A DNA stretch of 64,000 bases from an uncultured Clostridia bacterium (GCA_944362705.1 CALVTO010000001.1:147623-211622); one strand, 5' to 3'; positions 12,151-23,352 are shown, numbered from the stretch's first letter. A program made the numbers and translations. Notes: a model not told the origin generated them from the letters alone.

Positions 12151-12373
12151 ATTCTATTTTCCGAAAAAGCCTTGAAGGATGAGGCTTGTTTGCCTGTTGC
12201 GTCGCGCCACGTTATATCTATGTGTTTTTTAAATAACGTTTCGTACATTTGTTTCATATATATAGTATAAGTTGTGTGAGGCAGGGTGTCAATATGCTTT
12301 TTTGTTTTTTTTGTTATGTGCATTTGGGTAAATAAAAAAAAAGACGCATACGCGCCTTTTTTATTTGTTGAAA

Positions 12374-12577
12374 TTATTTAATGCCTACTGTGGCTTTAAA
12401 ACCATTCCATAATTCTACAAAGAATTCTTTAAAAGAACCCCAGAAACCGTTTGCTTCAATGCTTGCTTTAATTTGATCAATACCGCCAGCGGCAAACAAG
12501 TAATATAGCGCTAGGACAATGGCTGCAATGGAAATAATCCAACATAATAGTTTTAAAATTCCTTTGAAGACTGCCAT
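12374..12577 (-). CDS. Small single-pass membrane protein (67 aa)
   Basis: MAVFKGILKLLCWIISIAAIVLALYYLF... with a GGGAGG SD upstream of ATG 12577. The ORF-track start 12619 lacks an SD. Confidence 0.55.
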   Translation of the reverse strand: MAVFKGILKLLCWIISIAAIVLALYYLFAAGGIDQIKASIEANGFWGSFKEFFVELWNGFKATVGIK

Positions 12578-12673
12578 AGTTTTTTCCTCCCTGTTCCTTT
12601 CTTGATGATAGTATAGCATATTTATTTCTATTTGTGAATATTTTCTGCCAAAATTTTTTAAAAAAAGCCCTTT

Positions 12674-13540
12674 TTAAAAAGGGCGCACAGATAAAAGACT
12701 TTTCTTGCGGTGCATGCTTTTATGTTTTCTATAAAAACCTGTGCGAATAACCGCTTTTTGAAAACCCCAACGATTGACAAAGCTTAAGGTGTTTGCTGGT
12801 GGTTTTACGTGTGTGGCTTTGTAATGCGTATCGACTCTTGATGTTTTTATATCGGTAGGGTATGGGTTTGTGAGTATAATTTCTGGAATAACAAGCCTTG
12901 TGATACGCCCTTCTTTTTTCTTTTTTGGCGCTTTTTGCATCATACGGCGAACGGGCACTTGTTTCGTTAAGGTTGTTCCTTGCGTTGTTGTATCTATTTG
13001 TGGTTGCTGCTGTTGTAAATATACTTGCGTTGCGTCTTTTTCTGCTTGTGATAGTTTTGTTAAAAACAATGCATTACGTTTCATGGCGCGATATCTTTGC
13101 TCAAATGATATGATTTCTTTATCGGCGTTTAAATGTTGAATAATGTTGTGTAAACGTGTAATGGTTTTGTTGCGTTCTTCTGAACCAAAATTGTAAGAAA
13201 GCAATGGTAAAGAATGGGGAGTAATATAATCGATATAACTATTGCGCTTTCTTTTTTTATATTTTATACCTAAGGTTCTAGGTGCGCGCGCGTATATTTC
13301 CATATATAAATAAATATCGCTTGGTTTATAGCTTGCAAAAAAACATTCAAGATACGCATCAAATAGTGGGGTGTAAGATTGTAATTCGGTAAAATAATAT
13401 TGTAAATACTGGTCCGTTAGCTTGGATACAATATGCGACTTTGCGTGCATATGGCAAGCGCCGTCAATCATAATATTTGCTAGCGCCAATTTTTCTACAC
13501 TTTGTAGCTCTACTTTTTTGTTTGTTGTATTAGGTTGCAT
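12674..13540 (-). CDS. Hypothetical protein (288 aa) with a very basic C-terminal third
   Basis: AAGGAGG SD before ATG 13540 (MQPNTTNKK...). No family recognised. Confidence 0.55.
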   Translation of the reverse strand: MQPNTTNKKVELQSVEKLALANIMIDGACHMHAKSHIVSKLTDQYLQYYFTELQSYTPLFDAYLECFFASYKPSDIYLYMEIYARAPRTLGIKYKKRKRNSYIDYITPHSLPLLSYNFGSEERNKTITRLHNIIQHLNADKEIISFEQRYRAMKRNALFLTKLSQAEKDATQVYLQQQQPQIDTTTQGTTLTKQVPVRRMMQKAPKKKKEGRITRLVIPEIILTNPYPTDIKTSRVDTHYKATHVKPPANTLSFVNRWGFQKAVIRTGFYRKHKSMHRKKSLLSVRPF

Positions 13541-13612
13541 ATTGCCTCCTTGGCTGTATTTCTTATAATGTAGCATAATTAAAAAATTTTAGCAAATATT
13601 TTATAAAATGTA

Positions 13613-13641
13613 TTGACAACCTCTTTTTTTTCGTGTATTAT
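13613..13641 (+). promoter_or_regulatory. 23S promoter P1
   Basis: TTGACA (13613-13618), 17 nt, TATTAT (13636-13641). A stem-loop at 13648-13673 follows. Confidence 0.65.
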
Positions 13642-13724
13642 GTGTTTGTTCTTAGCCACCCGTGGTTAGGAACAGCCAAAAAAAATATAATTTTAAAAAT
13701 TTTTAAAAAACTTTTAAAAATCTG

Positions 13725-13753
13725 TTGACATTATATTTTGTATTTGGTATTAT
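13725..13753 (+). promoter_or_regulatory. 23S promoter P2 (extended -10) with an A/T-rich UP-like tract
   Basis: TTGACA (13725-13730), 17 nt ending in TGg, TATTAT (13748-13753). A stem-loop at 13760-13777 follows. Confidence 0.7.
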
Positions 13754-13922
13754 GAGAGAGTTCCGCTGATGTGGAACCACAACTTAATAGATTTGCTTTA
13801 TGCAATACCAAGTATTCATTTTAGTAAATACCTCTGGGTAAGTTCATGATACGTGTTCGTGTGGTTTTATACGTAAACGTATATGCACTTACCATTTTTA
13901 TTGCAAAAAATCTGTTAAGCAT

Positions 13923-13946
13923 CGCACATTGACAACTGCATATTAC
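13923..13946 (+). other. 5' strand of the 23S processing stem
   Basis: cgcacattgacaactgcatattac pairs over 24 bp (one G-U) with 17211-17234. Confidence 0.8.
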
Positions 13947-14179
13947 ATAATCATACAAAGCAATTTGTATGACGAGAATCAGAGTTAAAATCAAGTAATA
14001 TTTTACATGGTGTAATACGTATGAATAACAATTAAGCTAAAAACAACCGTTTTTAACTGTTATATATATAACAATTACGCTGAGCAAAATTAACAAGAAA
14101 ACAAAATGCATATAGGCACCGTTTACTTATAGAGTAAACAATTTAAGTACTTTTGTACTTGTAAGAATGCGACGTATAC

Positions 14180-17098
<2,919 letters not shown>

Positions 17099-17210
17099 AC
17101 ATTTATTGTGATTAAATTTATTTGAATTCAATATGGTTCGCATAACCTATATGAATACGTTTATATATTCTACAAAAAGGTATAAACGTTCATGTAAACT
17201 ATGATTTTTG

Positions 17211-17234
17211 GTAATATGCAGTTGTCAGTGTGCG
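17211..17234 (+). other. 3' strand of the 23S processing stem
   Basis: gtaatatgcagttgtcagtgtgcg is complementary to 13923-13946. Confidence 0.8.
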
Positions 17235-17267
17235 AGACAACTTGTTCTAGTGTTTAGAACAAATTCC

Positions 17268-17296
17268 TTGACAATTATATATGGCATGTATATAAT
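17268..17296 (+). promoter_or_regulatory. Perfect-consensus sigma-A promoter between 23S and 5S
   Basis: TTGACA (17268-17273), 17 nt, TATAAT (17291-17296). It lies downstream of the closed 23S stem and 48 nt upstream of 5S. Confidence 0.6.
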
Positions 17297-17343
17297 TGTT
17301 AGTGTTGTAGTTAGTAACCGCGGTAACGCGTTATTATACCATT

Positions 17344-17458
17344 AACGGTGTTTATGCCGAGGGGGTCCACCTGTTCTCATACCGAACACAGAAGTTAAGC
17401 TCCTCAGGGCCGATAGTACTTGCATGGCGACGTGCTGGGAGGGTAGGACGATGCCGTT
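17344..17458 (+). rRNA. rrf: 5S ribosomal RNA
   Basis: ccgaacacagaagttaagc core. Helix I pairs aacgg...ccgtt. About 115 nt. Confidence 0.95.
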
Positions 17459-17466
17459 TTCAAATG

Positions 17467-17491
17467 AAGTAGCCGAAAGGCTACTTTTTTT
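17467..17491 (+). terminator. Rho-independent terminator after 5S
   Basis: aagtagcc-gaaa-ggctactt followed by a T run. Confidence 0.8.
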
Positions 17492-17516
17492 ATGCGTTTT
17501 GTTTTACAAAGTATGT

Positions 17517-17861
17517 TTACAACGCATAGCATTTGAAGTAACAAAACTTATTCATGGTGAAGAAGAAACTATTAAAGCACAAGAAACTGCAAGAAACTTG
17601 TTTGAAAATAAGCATATATGTACGGAAAACATGCCTACGGAAACTGTAACCCTTGGCGAGCAAGTACATATTTTAGATTTGTTAGCAAGCCTTTCCATAA
17701 TAAAATCTAAGAGTGAAGCACGAAGACTTATAGAACAAGGTGGCATAGAAATTCAAAACGAAAAAAAAGTAGATATAAACGAGATTTTAGATTTGCGTAA
17801 TAAAAAAGAACTACTTGTAAAAAAGGGGAAGAAAACTTTTGTAAAAATACTGGTAAAATAA
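17517..17861 (+). pseudogene. tyrS: 3' remnant of tyrosine--tRNA ligase (last ~114 codons: end of the anticodon-binding helices plus the S4-like domain)
   Basis: LQRIAFEVTKLIHGEEE...SKSEARRLIEQGGIEIQNEKK...KKGKKTFVKILVK matches the C-terminus of bacterial TyrRS (compare B. subtilis ...REVVTLVHGEE...SKRQAREDIQNGAIYVNGER...RRGKKKYYLIRY, from memory). There is no catalytic domain. The only in-frame ATG lies inside 5S. Confidence 0.7.
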
Positions 17862-17866
17862 GAAAC

Positions 17867-17896
17867 AAAAAACACATGCAAGCACATGTGTTTTTT
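17867..17896. terminator. Bidirectional terminator between the tyrS remnant and trpS-2
   Basis: aaaaaacacatg-N6-catgtgtttttt (12-bp stem). Confidence 0.75.
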
Positions 17897-17913
17897 GTTT
17901 AGTAATTTTAAAA

Positions 17914-18909
17914 TTATGATTGCAGGCCTAAGGCTAGTTTGGCACGTTGCAGCGTTTCTTGTGCGGTGGGTTGTGCTCTTTTCGCGCCATCGGCCAATAT
18001 GCTATCTAACAAGGTTTTATTATTAAACTTGTGAAACCTTTGTTGAATGTTTGTTAGTAAAGTGCTAACAACTTCACAAACTTCTTTTTTAAACTCGCCA
18101 TAGCCTTTGCCTTTATATCGGTTTTCGATGCTTTCAAAACTTTCGTTGGTTATTTTTGAAAGTATGCTCATTAAATTGGAAATGCCCGGTTGGTTTTCTT
18201 CGTCAAAATGCACGCAAGATAGTGTATCGGTTTTGGCTTGCATAATTTTCTTTTTTACAGTTTCTATATCGTCCATTAAAAAAATGGTGCCTTTATTGTT
18301 GCTGTTATCGGACTTATTCATTTTTTCTAGTGGGTTTTGCAGATTTAAAATTTTGTTTCCCACAGGGGCTATATATACATCTGGCATAACAAAGGTGTTG
18401 CCGTAGCGTTTATTAAAGCGCTCTGCTAAATCTCGGGTGAGTTCTACGTGTTGTTGCTGGTCTTTACCCACAGGCACAATACTTGTATTATACAATAAAA
18501 TATCAGCAACCATAAGTGTAGGGTATACAAATAGGCCGGTATTTACGCCTTCTTTTGTTTGTTGCATGGACTTATACTTAAATTGTGTCATGCGACTTAG
18601 TTCGCCCATTTTTGTTTGAAAGGTCATAATAAACCCAAGTGTACCATGTTCTAGCACATCGCTTTGTTTAAAGACCATAGTTTTGGTTGGGTCTACGCCA
18701 CAAGCTAAATACATGGCAACGCAATTATATATGGCTTCTTGCAAGGCTTGAGGTTTTTTTGGGGAAGTAATGGCATGTAAATCTGCAATAAAAATATAAC
18801 TTATATAATCTTCTTGTTTATCTACAAAATTTTTAATGGCGCCTAAATAATTTCCTAGCGTTAAGTTCCCGCTGGGACGTACGCCTGTTAACATAACTTT
18901 TTTATTCAT
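17914..18909 (-). CDS. trpS: Tryptophan--tRNA ligase, paralogue 2 (E. coli/Bacillus-like; TLGN / KMNKS)
   Basis: MNKKVMLTGVRPSGNLTLGNYLGAI, GELSRMTQFK, VPVGKDQQQHVELTRD, KMNKS. AGGAGA SD before ATG 18909. The ORF-track extension to 19083 is the leader RNA read in another frame. Confidence 0.9.
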   Translation of the reverse strand: MNKKVMLTGVRPSGNLTLGNYLGAIKNFVDKQEDYISYIFIADLHAITSPKKPQALQEAIYNCVAMYLACGVDPTKTMVFKQSDVLEHGTLGFIMTFQTKMGELSRMTQFKYKSMQQTKEGVNTGLFVYPTLMVADILLYNTSIVPVGKDQQQHVELTRDLAERFNKRYGNTFVMPDVYIAPVGNKILNLQNPLEKMNKSDNSNNKGTIFLMDDIETVKKKIMQAKTDTLSCVHFDEENQPGISNLMSILSKITNESFESIENRYKGKGYGEFKKEVCEVVSTLLTNIQQRFHKFNNKTLLDSILADGAKRAQPTAQETLQRAKLALGLQS

Positions 18910-18925
18910 AATGATATTTTCTCCT

Positions 18926-18975
18926 AAAAAAAATAAAAATCCCGTTGTGTGTTTACGACAAAACATACCAACGGG
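18926..18975 (-). terminator. Attenuator terminator in the trpS-2 leader
   Basis: Minus strand: cccgttggtatgttt...aaacacacaacggg followed by atttttatttttttt, 16 nt before the trpS-2 SD. Confidence 0.75.
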
Positions 18976-19067
18976 AAACGGAAAAGTATATAAAGTTATA
19001 TTCCATGCATATGTTTTGTGACGCAAGAAAAAGCATTCACAAAACATAATATTTTGCGAACGCAATT

Positions 19068-19100
19068 TTACAAACGCCACCACATATTACGATGGAACAT
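19068..19100 (-). CDS. Leader peptide MFHRNMWWRL with tandem Trp codons
   Basis: Minus strand: AAGGAG, 8 nt, then ATG TTC CAT CGT AAT ATG TGG TGG CGT TTG TAA. It lies about 20 nt downstream of the predicted transcription start site (TSS). Confidence 0.6.
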   Translation of the reverse strand: MFHRNMWWRL

Positions 19101-19128
19101 ATAGTTATCTCCTTTTAAAATTTTTTAT

Positions 19129-19157
19129 AGTATAAACAACTCTTTTTGTGTTGTCAA
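19129..19157 (-). promoter_or_regulatory. Sigma-A promoter of the trpS-2 leader
   Basis: Minus strand: TTGACA (19157-19152), 17 nt, TATACT (19134-19129). Confidence 0.65.
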
Positions 19158-19219
19158 TAGTTTGTTTTAACAAGGTGTGTGCAACGTTATAAAAAATTGT
19201 ATATTTTTTTAGATACCTA

Positions 19220-19248
19220 TTGAAACTCATGTTTTACTGTGGTATACT
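19220..19248 (+). promoter_or_regulatory. Sigma-A promoter (extended -10)
   Basis: TTGAAA (19220-19225), 17 nt ending in TGg, TATACT (19243-19248). Confidence 0.6.
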
Positions 19249-19296
19249 TTACGTATGTTTATTTTAACGTTTTTATACGTTTTTTAGGAGGAAATT

Positions 19297-19731
19297 ATGG
19301 TACAATATTCAAGAAAATCAAATAGCGAAATGATGGCTGCATATCGCAATATAGACGTGTATGGAGAAGGGAATGCACTTGCAAAGAAAAATAAAGCAGA
19401 AGAATTTTTATATAAAAAAGAACATGTACAAAAACCAATAAAATATGCTGGTTTGAATTATGCAGAAAAAGCAGTTCAACAACAACAAGATGCTGCAAAA
19501 AGAAGAGAACAAGTTATTGAAAAATGGGTTACTAAAATTACACGTGTTTCTGAACGTGGTGGCAAAGTAGTTGCTCCAAATGAACCAGCAAAAAGTTTGG
19601 AAGAATTATATTTAGATGGTGAAGTTATGCATTTAGGCGATGCAATGGGTACCGTATGTGATGGTAAATATGTTACTGTAGATTTTAAAGATTTACCAAC
19701 TGAATGGCAAGAAGAAGGCCGTTCTAGATAA
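19297..19731 (+). CDS. Hypothetical protein (144 aa)
   Basis: Strong AGGAGG SD. No family recognised. Confidence 0.6.
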   Translation: MVQYSRKSNSEMMAAYRNIDVYGEGNALAKKNKAEEFLYKKEHVQKPIKYAGLNYAEKAVQQQQDAAKRREQVIEKWVTKITRVSERGGKVVAPNEPAKSLEELYLDGEVMHLGDAMGTVCDGKYVTVDFKDLPTEWQEEGRSR

Positions 19732-19764
19732 AATAATGGTTAAGCCAATAAAAAAATTATATAT

Positions 19765-19803
19765 GAAGAATTTTACAATTTGGTAGAATTCTTCTTTTTT
19801 TTT
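19765..19803 (+). terminator. Rho-independent terminator
   Basis: gaagaatt-N14-aattcttc followed by T9. Confidence 0.75.
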
Positions 19804-20139
19804 TGTGGAAAGTAATTCAACAATAAGCTTTTATAGACGAAACCTGAATGTTGTTTAAGCTTTCATACTGTTTTGAAGCGTGGCAAATCATTTAGTTAAG
19901 TATTATGTGTGGAAAGTAATTTGGCGTTTTAAACGAAATACCGTTATTTTGTTTTGTTTCATGTGCGTGTACTAAGGTTTCGTGAGGAAGAAACGAAATG
20001 TGTTGTTTTGCAAGGTAAAAAATGAAAAAAGTTGTTTTCGCAGTAGAATGACTTTGTTTGATGATATGAATTTTTTGTTTGTTGTACGTTTTTTTCTAAA
20101 AAAGTATACTTATACCACTTTTTGTGGTACACTAACTTT

Positions 20140-21165
20140 ATGAACAGAAAACTAAAATGTAAGTTGCGTGCTTTAAAATTTTCAACTTGGGTACTCACCG
20201 GTGCGGCGCAGTTGGTGTATTCTTTTCATAAACGTTTTCCAGATATTCAAACGATTTATAATGTTCGGTATGCACAAAGCAAAAATAAATATCATACCAT
20301 GAATGTATATTATCATCGTAAAAAAGCGCCTTGGATATCGCGCATGTCGCTAAAAGAGCAAAAGGCGTGCGTGCGTGATTTAAAGGCGGGGAATTGTGTA
20401 TTGCCTAACAAGGAAAATACACAAAAACAACACGCCTTACCAATGATTGTTTATTTTCATGGTGGTGGCTGGGCGTGTTATGATAAAAACCTTTATGATT
20501 CGCTTTGTGGTAGGCTTTGCCAAATGGGGTTTGTGGTATTTAACGCGAATTACACCTTAACCCCTAAAGCACAAGTAGAGGAAATGTTGTCAGATGCAGA
20601 AATGGCGATTGAAAAAGCGCGTTGTTTAGCCCCTATGTGGAATGCAGACCCTAACCGTGTGGTACTTATGGGAGATTCCGCAGGAGCGCATTTAGCAAGT
20701 TTAGTGGCGGGTAGGGCGTTGTATGACGGCAAAAAAAGCGCTTTAAAGCGTTCTATAAAAGCGCTTGGGTTGTTTTACGGGGTTTATGATTTACATACCG
20801 TAAAGTATTCAAATTTTCCTAATTTGGAAGTGTATTTAGAGGCTTTGTTGCCTTCTAGTATGCCAAACTATCATGAAAAGATGGAAGAATATTCGCCTAT
20901 AACGTATATTTCGGCGCAGTACCCACCTACGTTTATTGCAAGTGGCGAAATAGATAAGTTACATGAAACACAAAGCAAGGTGTTTGCTGAAGAATTGCAA
21001 GGTAAGGGCGCGATTGTGGAAACGAAGTTTTTTCCGCTAAAAGAATTGCGTGCAGTGCATGCGTATATGACGTTTGATGGGCTAGGAACAAATGAAGAAA
21101 CCATTGAAGCGTTAGCAAAATTTTTTGAAAAACTCGAACTTATAAACAAGAAGGGGAAAGCATGA
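20140..21165 (+). CDS. Alpha/beta hydrolase (HSL-family esterase/lipase)
   Basis: HGGGW oxyanion motif and GDSAGAHLA nucleophile elbow. The start is uncertain (TTG 20122 or ATG 20140; no clear SD). Confidence 0.8.
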   Translation: MNRKLKCKLRALKFSTWVLTGAAQLVYSFHKRFPDIQTIYNVRYAQSKNKYHTMNVYYHRKKAPWISRMSLKEQKACVRDLKAGNCVLPNKENTQKQHALPMIVYFHGGGWACYDKNLYDSLCGRLCQMGFVVFNANYTLTPKAQVEEMLSDAEMAIEKARCLAPMWNADPNRVVLMGDSAGAHLASLVAGRALYDGKKSALKRSIKALGLFYGVYDLHTVKYSNFPNLEVYLEALLPSSMPNYHEKMEEYSPITYISAQYPPTFIASGEIDKLHETQSKVFAEELQGKGAIVETKFFPLKELRAVHAYMTFDGLGTNEETIEALAKFFEKLELINKKGKA

Positions 21166-21632
21166 TTTTAGGCTTATGTATTGCCATGGGTGTGTTTACC
21201 ATAGACCAACTAACCAAAGCTTGGTTGTTTGGTAAAAGTGTGGCGTTAATTGGAGATTTTTTTGTGATTGAAAGTGTTTGGAATGATGGCGCTGCATTTA
21301 GCATGCTTTCTGGTAAGTTATGGTTGTTTATTGCGCTAACCATACCGTTTTTCGTTTTATTTCCCGTGCTACTTTCTTTAAAAAAATTTCAACACCCGTT
21401 ATGGCGTGTAGGGTTAGGCCTATGTTTTGGTGGCATGCTGGGTAACTTTATCGACCGCATTTGCTTTGGCGCCGTAAGAGATTTGTTTTATTTTAAAAGT
21501 ATCAATTTTGCTATATTTAACATTGCCGATGCGTGCTTATGTGCGGGGGTGGTTGTGTTATTGGTGTACATATTTTTTTATATGGAAAAGGAAACAAACA
21601 CGCATAAAGAACATAACCCAAAGCAACAATAA
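21162..21632 (+). CDS. lspA: Lipoprotein signal peptidase II
   Basis: WNDGAAFSML, GNFIDR and FNIADA motifs. ATGA overlap with the esterase stop. Confidence 0.9.
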   Translation: MILGLCIAMGVFTIDQLTKAWLFGKSVALIGDFFVIESVWNDGAAFSMLSGKLWLFIALTIPFFVLFPVLLSLKKFQHPLWRVGLGLCFGGMLGNFIDRICFGAVRDLFYFKSINFAIFNIADACLCAGVVVLLVYIFFYMEKETNTHKEHNPKQQ

Positions 21633-21717
21633 AACAAAAAGATGTGTAGTATTATGTATGATATAGTAAAGATAAAAAAATAACGGTATTTCGTTATGTG
21701 AAGGAGAGAAGAGAAAC

Positions 21718-22653
21718 ATGGTAGAACCACAGGTTTTGGTGGTAGAAGAACCTTTTCATGGAGCAAGGCTTGATAAGTTTTTGGCAGAACATGTAGAAGA
21801 TTATACGCGATCTAGTTTAAAAAACATGATAGAAAATGAACAAGTGTTATGTAATGAAAAACTTGTTACAAAAGCCGGAACAGTTGTAAAAAAGGGTGAT
21901 GTTATTTCGATTGTGCTTTCGCCCAGGGTAACAAACGAACAAGCTATACCCGAGGATATTCCGCTAAATGTTGTGTATGAAGATAATGATGTAGCGGTTA
22001 TTAACAAGCCACAAGGCATGACCGTTCACCCAGCGGTAGGTAATTGGACAGGAACACTAGTAAACGCGTTACTTTTTAAATACAAAACTATGAGTGATAC
22101 CAATGGGAACATTCGCCCTGGTATTGTGCATAGGTTGGATAAAGATACTTCGGGGCTTATGGTTGTTGCGAAAAACAACAAAGCGCATGTGGCGCTAGCG
22201 GAGCAAATTGCGAACAAAACGTGCCACAGGGAATACATTGCTTTAGTAGAGGGCAATGTAAAGCAAGAAACAGGGGATATTGTGCAACCCATTGCACGTG
22301 ATAAAAAAGACCGTTTACGTATGGCGGTAGACCCTAATGGGAAATATGCAAAAACGCATTTTGAAGTGTTAGAGCATTTTGATACGGCATATACATTGGT
22401 AAAATGGGTGCTTTCTACGGGGCGTACACACCAAATTCGTGTGCATGCAAAGTGGCTTGGGCACCCTATTGTAGGCGACCCTGTGTATGGGTTTCATAAA
22501 CAAAAATTTGCATTAAACGGTCAGCTATTACATGCGGTACGTTTAGAGTTTGTGCACCCAACAACGGGTAAAAAAATGCAATTTGAAGCGCCGTTGCCGC
22601 CATATTTTGTGAACGTTTTAGACAAACTTCGTAAACAATTTTCAAAAAGGTAG
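21718..22653 (+). CDS. rluD: RluD-type 23S rRNA pseudouridine synthase (S4 + PseudoU_synth_2)
   Basis: HRLDKDTSGLMVVAKN and GRTHQIRVHAKWLGHPIVGD. Confidence 0.88.
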   Translation: MVEPQVLVVEEPFHGARLDKFLAEHVEDYTRSSLKNMIENEQVLCNEKLVTKAGTVVKKGDVISIVLSPRVTNEQAIPEDIPLNVVYEDNDVAVINKPQGMTVHPAVGNWTGTLVNALLFKYKTMSDTNGNIRPGIVHRLDKDTSGLMVVAKNNKAHVALAEQIANKTCHREYIALVEGNVKQETGDIVQPIARDKKDRLRMAVDPNGKYAKTHFEVLEHFDTAYTLVKWVLSTGRTHQIRVHAKWLGHPIVGDPVYGFHKQKFALNGQLLHAVRLEFVHPTTGKKMQFEAPLPPYFVNVLDKLRKQFSKR

Positions 22654-22710
22654 CATACTTTATTTTACACGCTAAAAAATTTTTGGTACTATAACAAGTG
22701 AGGTGAAACA

Positions 22711-22980
22711 ATGGCAAAATCAGAAAATACAATTTTTCATTTTATCGCGTATATTGCAGTGCTTATTATGTCGGTTATTTTTATTCTAAGTAAATTCCAA
22801 TTTGGAGATAGCGCTGTTCGCGTATTAAGTAGCATTGCAAATATTATTTCGTGCATTGTTTTGCTAGGAGTTTCGTTTGTGTTTGCGCGTAACTCTGGCA
22901 AGAAAATTTACTGGATTTTATGGGTGATTGCATTTATACTATTGCTTTTAGGAAACATTATTCCTTTTGTAGGAGCATAA
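22711..22980 (+). CDS. Small membrane protein (89 aa, 3 predicted TM)
   Basis: ORF with GAGGTG SD and hydrophobic helices. Confidence 0.5.
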   Translation: MAKSENTIFHFIAYIAVLIMSVIFILSKFQFGDSAVRVLSSIANIISCIVLLGVSFVFARNSGKKIYWILWVIAFILLLLGNIIPFVGA

Positions 22981-22992
22981 GAGGAGCAACGT

Positions 22993-23340
22993 ATGACAAA
23001 ATTTGAAAAAACGTTAAAAGTATTTGATATTGCAAAACTTGTTTGTTTAGGTTTGGCAACGGTTTTGGTGTTTGTGTTTCAGTTTACGGGTTCGTTTGTT
23101 GTGGCAAAATTGGCGCTTAGTGGGTATGTAGCTGCCTTTATTTTGTTTGCTATTACCGAATTTATGAATGCGCAAGTTTTACAACGCAAAATAAAAGAAC
23201 CTAAAATTGTAGAAGACGATGCGCAAGTACAAGTGGTTACCGTTAGTAACCAAAAGAAAAGCCGTGTGTGGTCCATTATTTGGGGTGTTGTGGCTAGTGT
23301 TATGGCAGCGGTTACCTTGGTTGTTACCATACTTTTATAA
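22993..23340 (+). CDS. Small membrane protein (115 aa)
   Basis: ORF with GAGGAG SD and TM helices at both ends. Confidence 0.5.
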   Translation: MTKFEKTLKVFDIAKLVCLGLATVLVFVFQFTGSFVVAKLALSGYVAAFILFAITEFMNAQVLQRKIKEPKIVEDDAQVQVVTVSNQKKSRVWSIIWGVVASVMAAVTLVVTILL

Positions 23341-23352
23341 TATGTATATGAA

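Noticed and set aside
17424-17516. N-terminal 31 codons of the listed ORF 17424..17861
   Set aside because: The ATG lies inside 5S rRNA and the ORF reads through the 5S terminator. Only the part from about 17517 resembles TyrRS.
18910-19083. 58-codon N-terminal extension of the trpS-2 ORF (GTG 19083)
   Set aside because: It reads through the terminator hairpin and U-run. A canonical SD and ATG at 18909 begins the conserved TrpRS N-terminus. The region is leader RNA.
18926-19125. T-box riboswitch upstream of trpS-2 (a GGUGG-containing stretch resembles the T-box core)
   Set aside because: The GGUGG comes from the TGG TGG codons. It lies only about 40 nt from the TSS, leaving no room for Stem I or a specifier loop, and about 100 nt from the terminator instead of forming its 5' shoulder. 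The UACCGCG part of the T-box is absent.
19804-20139. A ~340-nt non-coding stretch with a 14-nt direct repeat tgtggaaagtaatt (19804 and 19908), considered as a possible sRNA or riboswitch
   Set aside because: I could recognise no known riboswitch core, no convincing promoter/terminator pair and no stable conserved-looking structure. There is not enough evidence to call anything.
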